Part shown: piece after piece, positions 63,996 through 64,000 of the stretch
How the letters are laid out: each line of letters starts with the position of its first letter
How positions within the stretch are numbered: position 1 is the stretch's first letter
Source of the DNA: an uncultured Chloroflexia bacterium
GTDB taxonomy: Bacteria; Chloroflexota; Limnocylindria; Limnocylindrales; CSP1-4
NCBI GenBank assembly: GCA_963744115.1
Contig: CAVUSI010000002.1
Location: 389,380-453,379, forward strand
Length of the DNA stretch: 64,000 nt
Reading direction: 5' to 3'
Position numbers and translations under genes: made by a program
Notes under the pieces: model-generated
Told to the model about the DNA's origin: nothing
Database searches by the model: none
What the model saw: only the letters and a program-made list of their open reading frames with translations

Positions 63996-64000
63996 GCTCC

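Noticed and set aside
1-64000. Screen for CRISPR arrays, IS/transposases, integrases, phage genes, toxin-antitoxin pairs and rRNA.
   Set aside because: None could be supported from the ORF translations or from repeat inspection. The only mobile-type element is the nrdJ intein.

Overview
This is a 64-kb, very GC-rich chromosomal segment with strong GC3 bias. It looks actinobacterial: a tandem-GNAT MshD-like gene, an MsiK-type shared ABC ATPase, a ROK/GlcNAc locus, and many leaderless-type promoters. I can support about 55 protein genes and one tRNA-His. I found no rRNA, CRISPR array, transposase, integrase or prophage. The many long ORFs antisense to or out of frame with real genes are GC artefacts. 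Content is mostly housekeeping or accessory metabolism:
- an ECF sigma/anti-sigma pair;
- a class II ribonucleotide reductase (nrdJ) carrying a 402-aa LAGLIDADG intein, with NrdR boxes upstream;
- uppS;
- a ROK-regulated amino-sugar ABC/GH3/SIS locus without its own ATPase, plus msiK elsewhere in the window;
- a GH13 glucosidase, ccsA and pepA;
- an add gene 23 nt from a zinc-ribbon/adenylate-cyclase/STAND-ATPase/TPR gene;
- an M23 peptidase, glgC, and a SulP+FGE pair;
- a multi-pass PDZ membrane protein with a membrane-anchored S1 protease;
- MarR, an orphan Flp pilin with a Pro-Lys-Thr repeat tail, and a two-component system;
- a GT4/(alpha/alpha)6/GH130 trio next to tRNA-His;
- a MacB-type ABC exporter and bioY.
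The most unusual global signal is at least nine single-base reading-frame jumps inside otherwise intact, homolog-like genes. Several of them sit at GATC. That looks more like systematic consensus indels than biology, but it needs read-level checking. I see no clear-cut novel defence or mobile system. The best leads are listed under findings.
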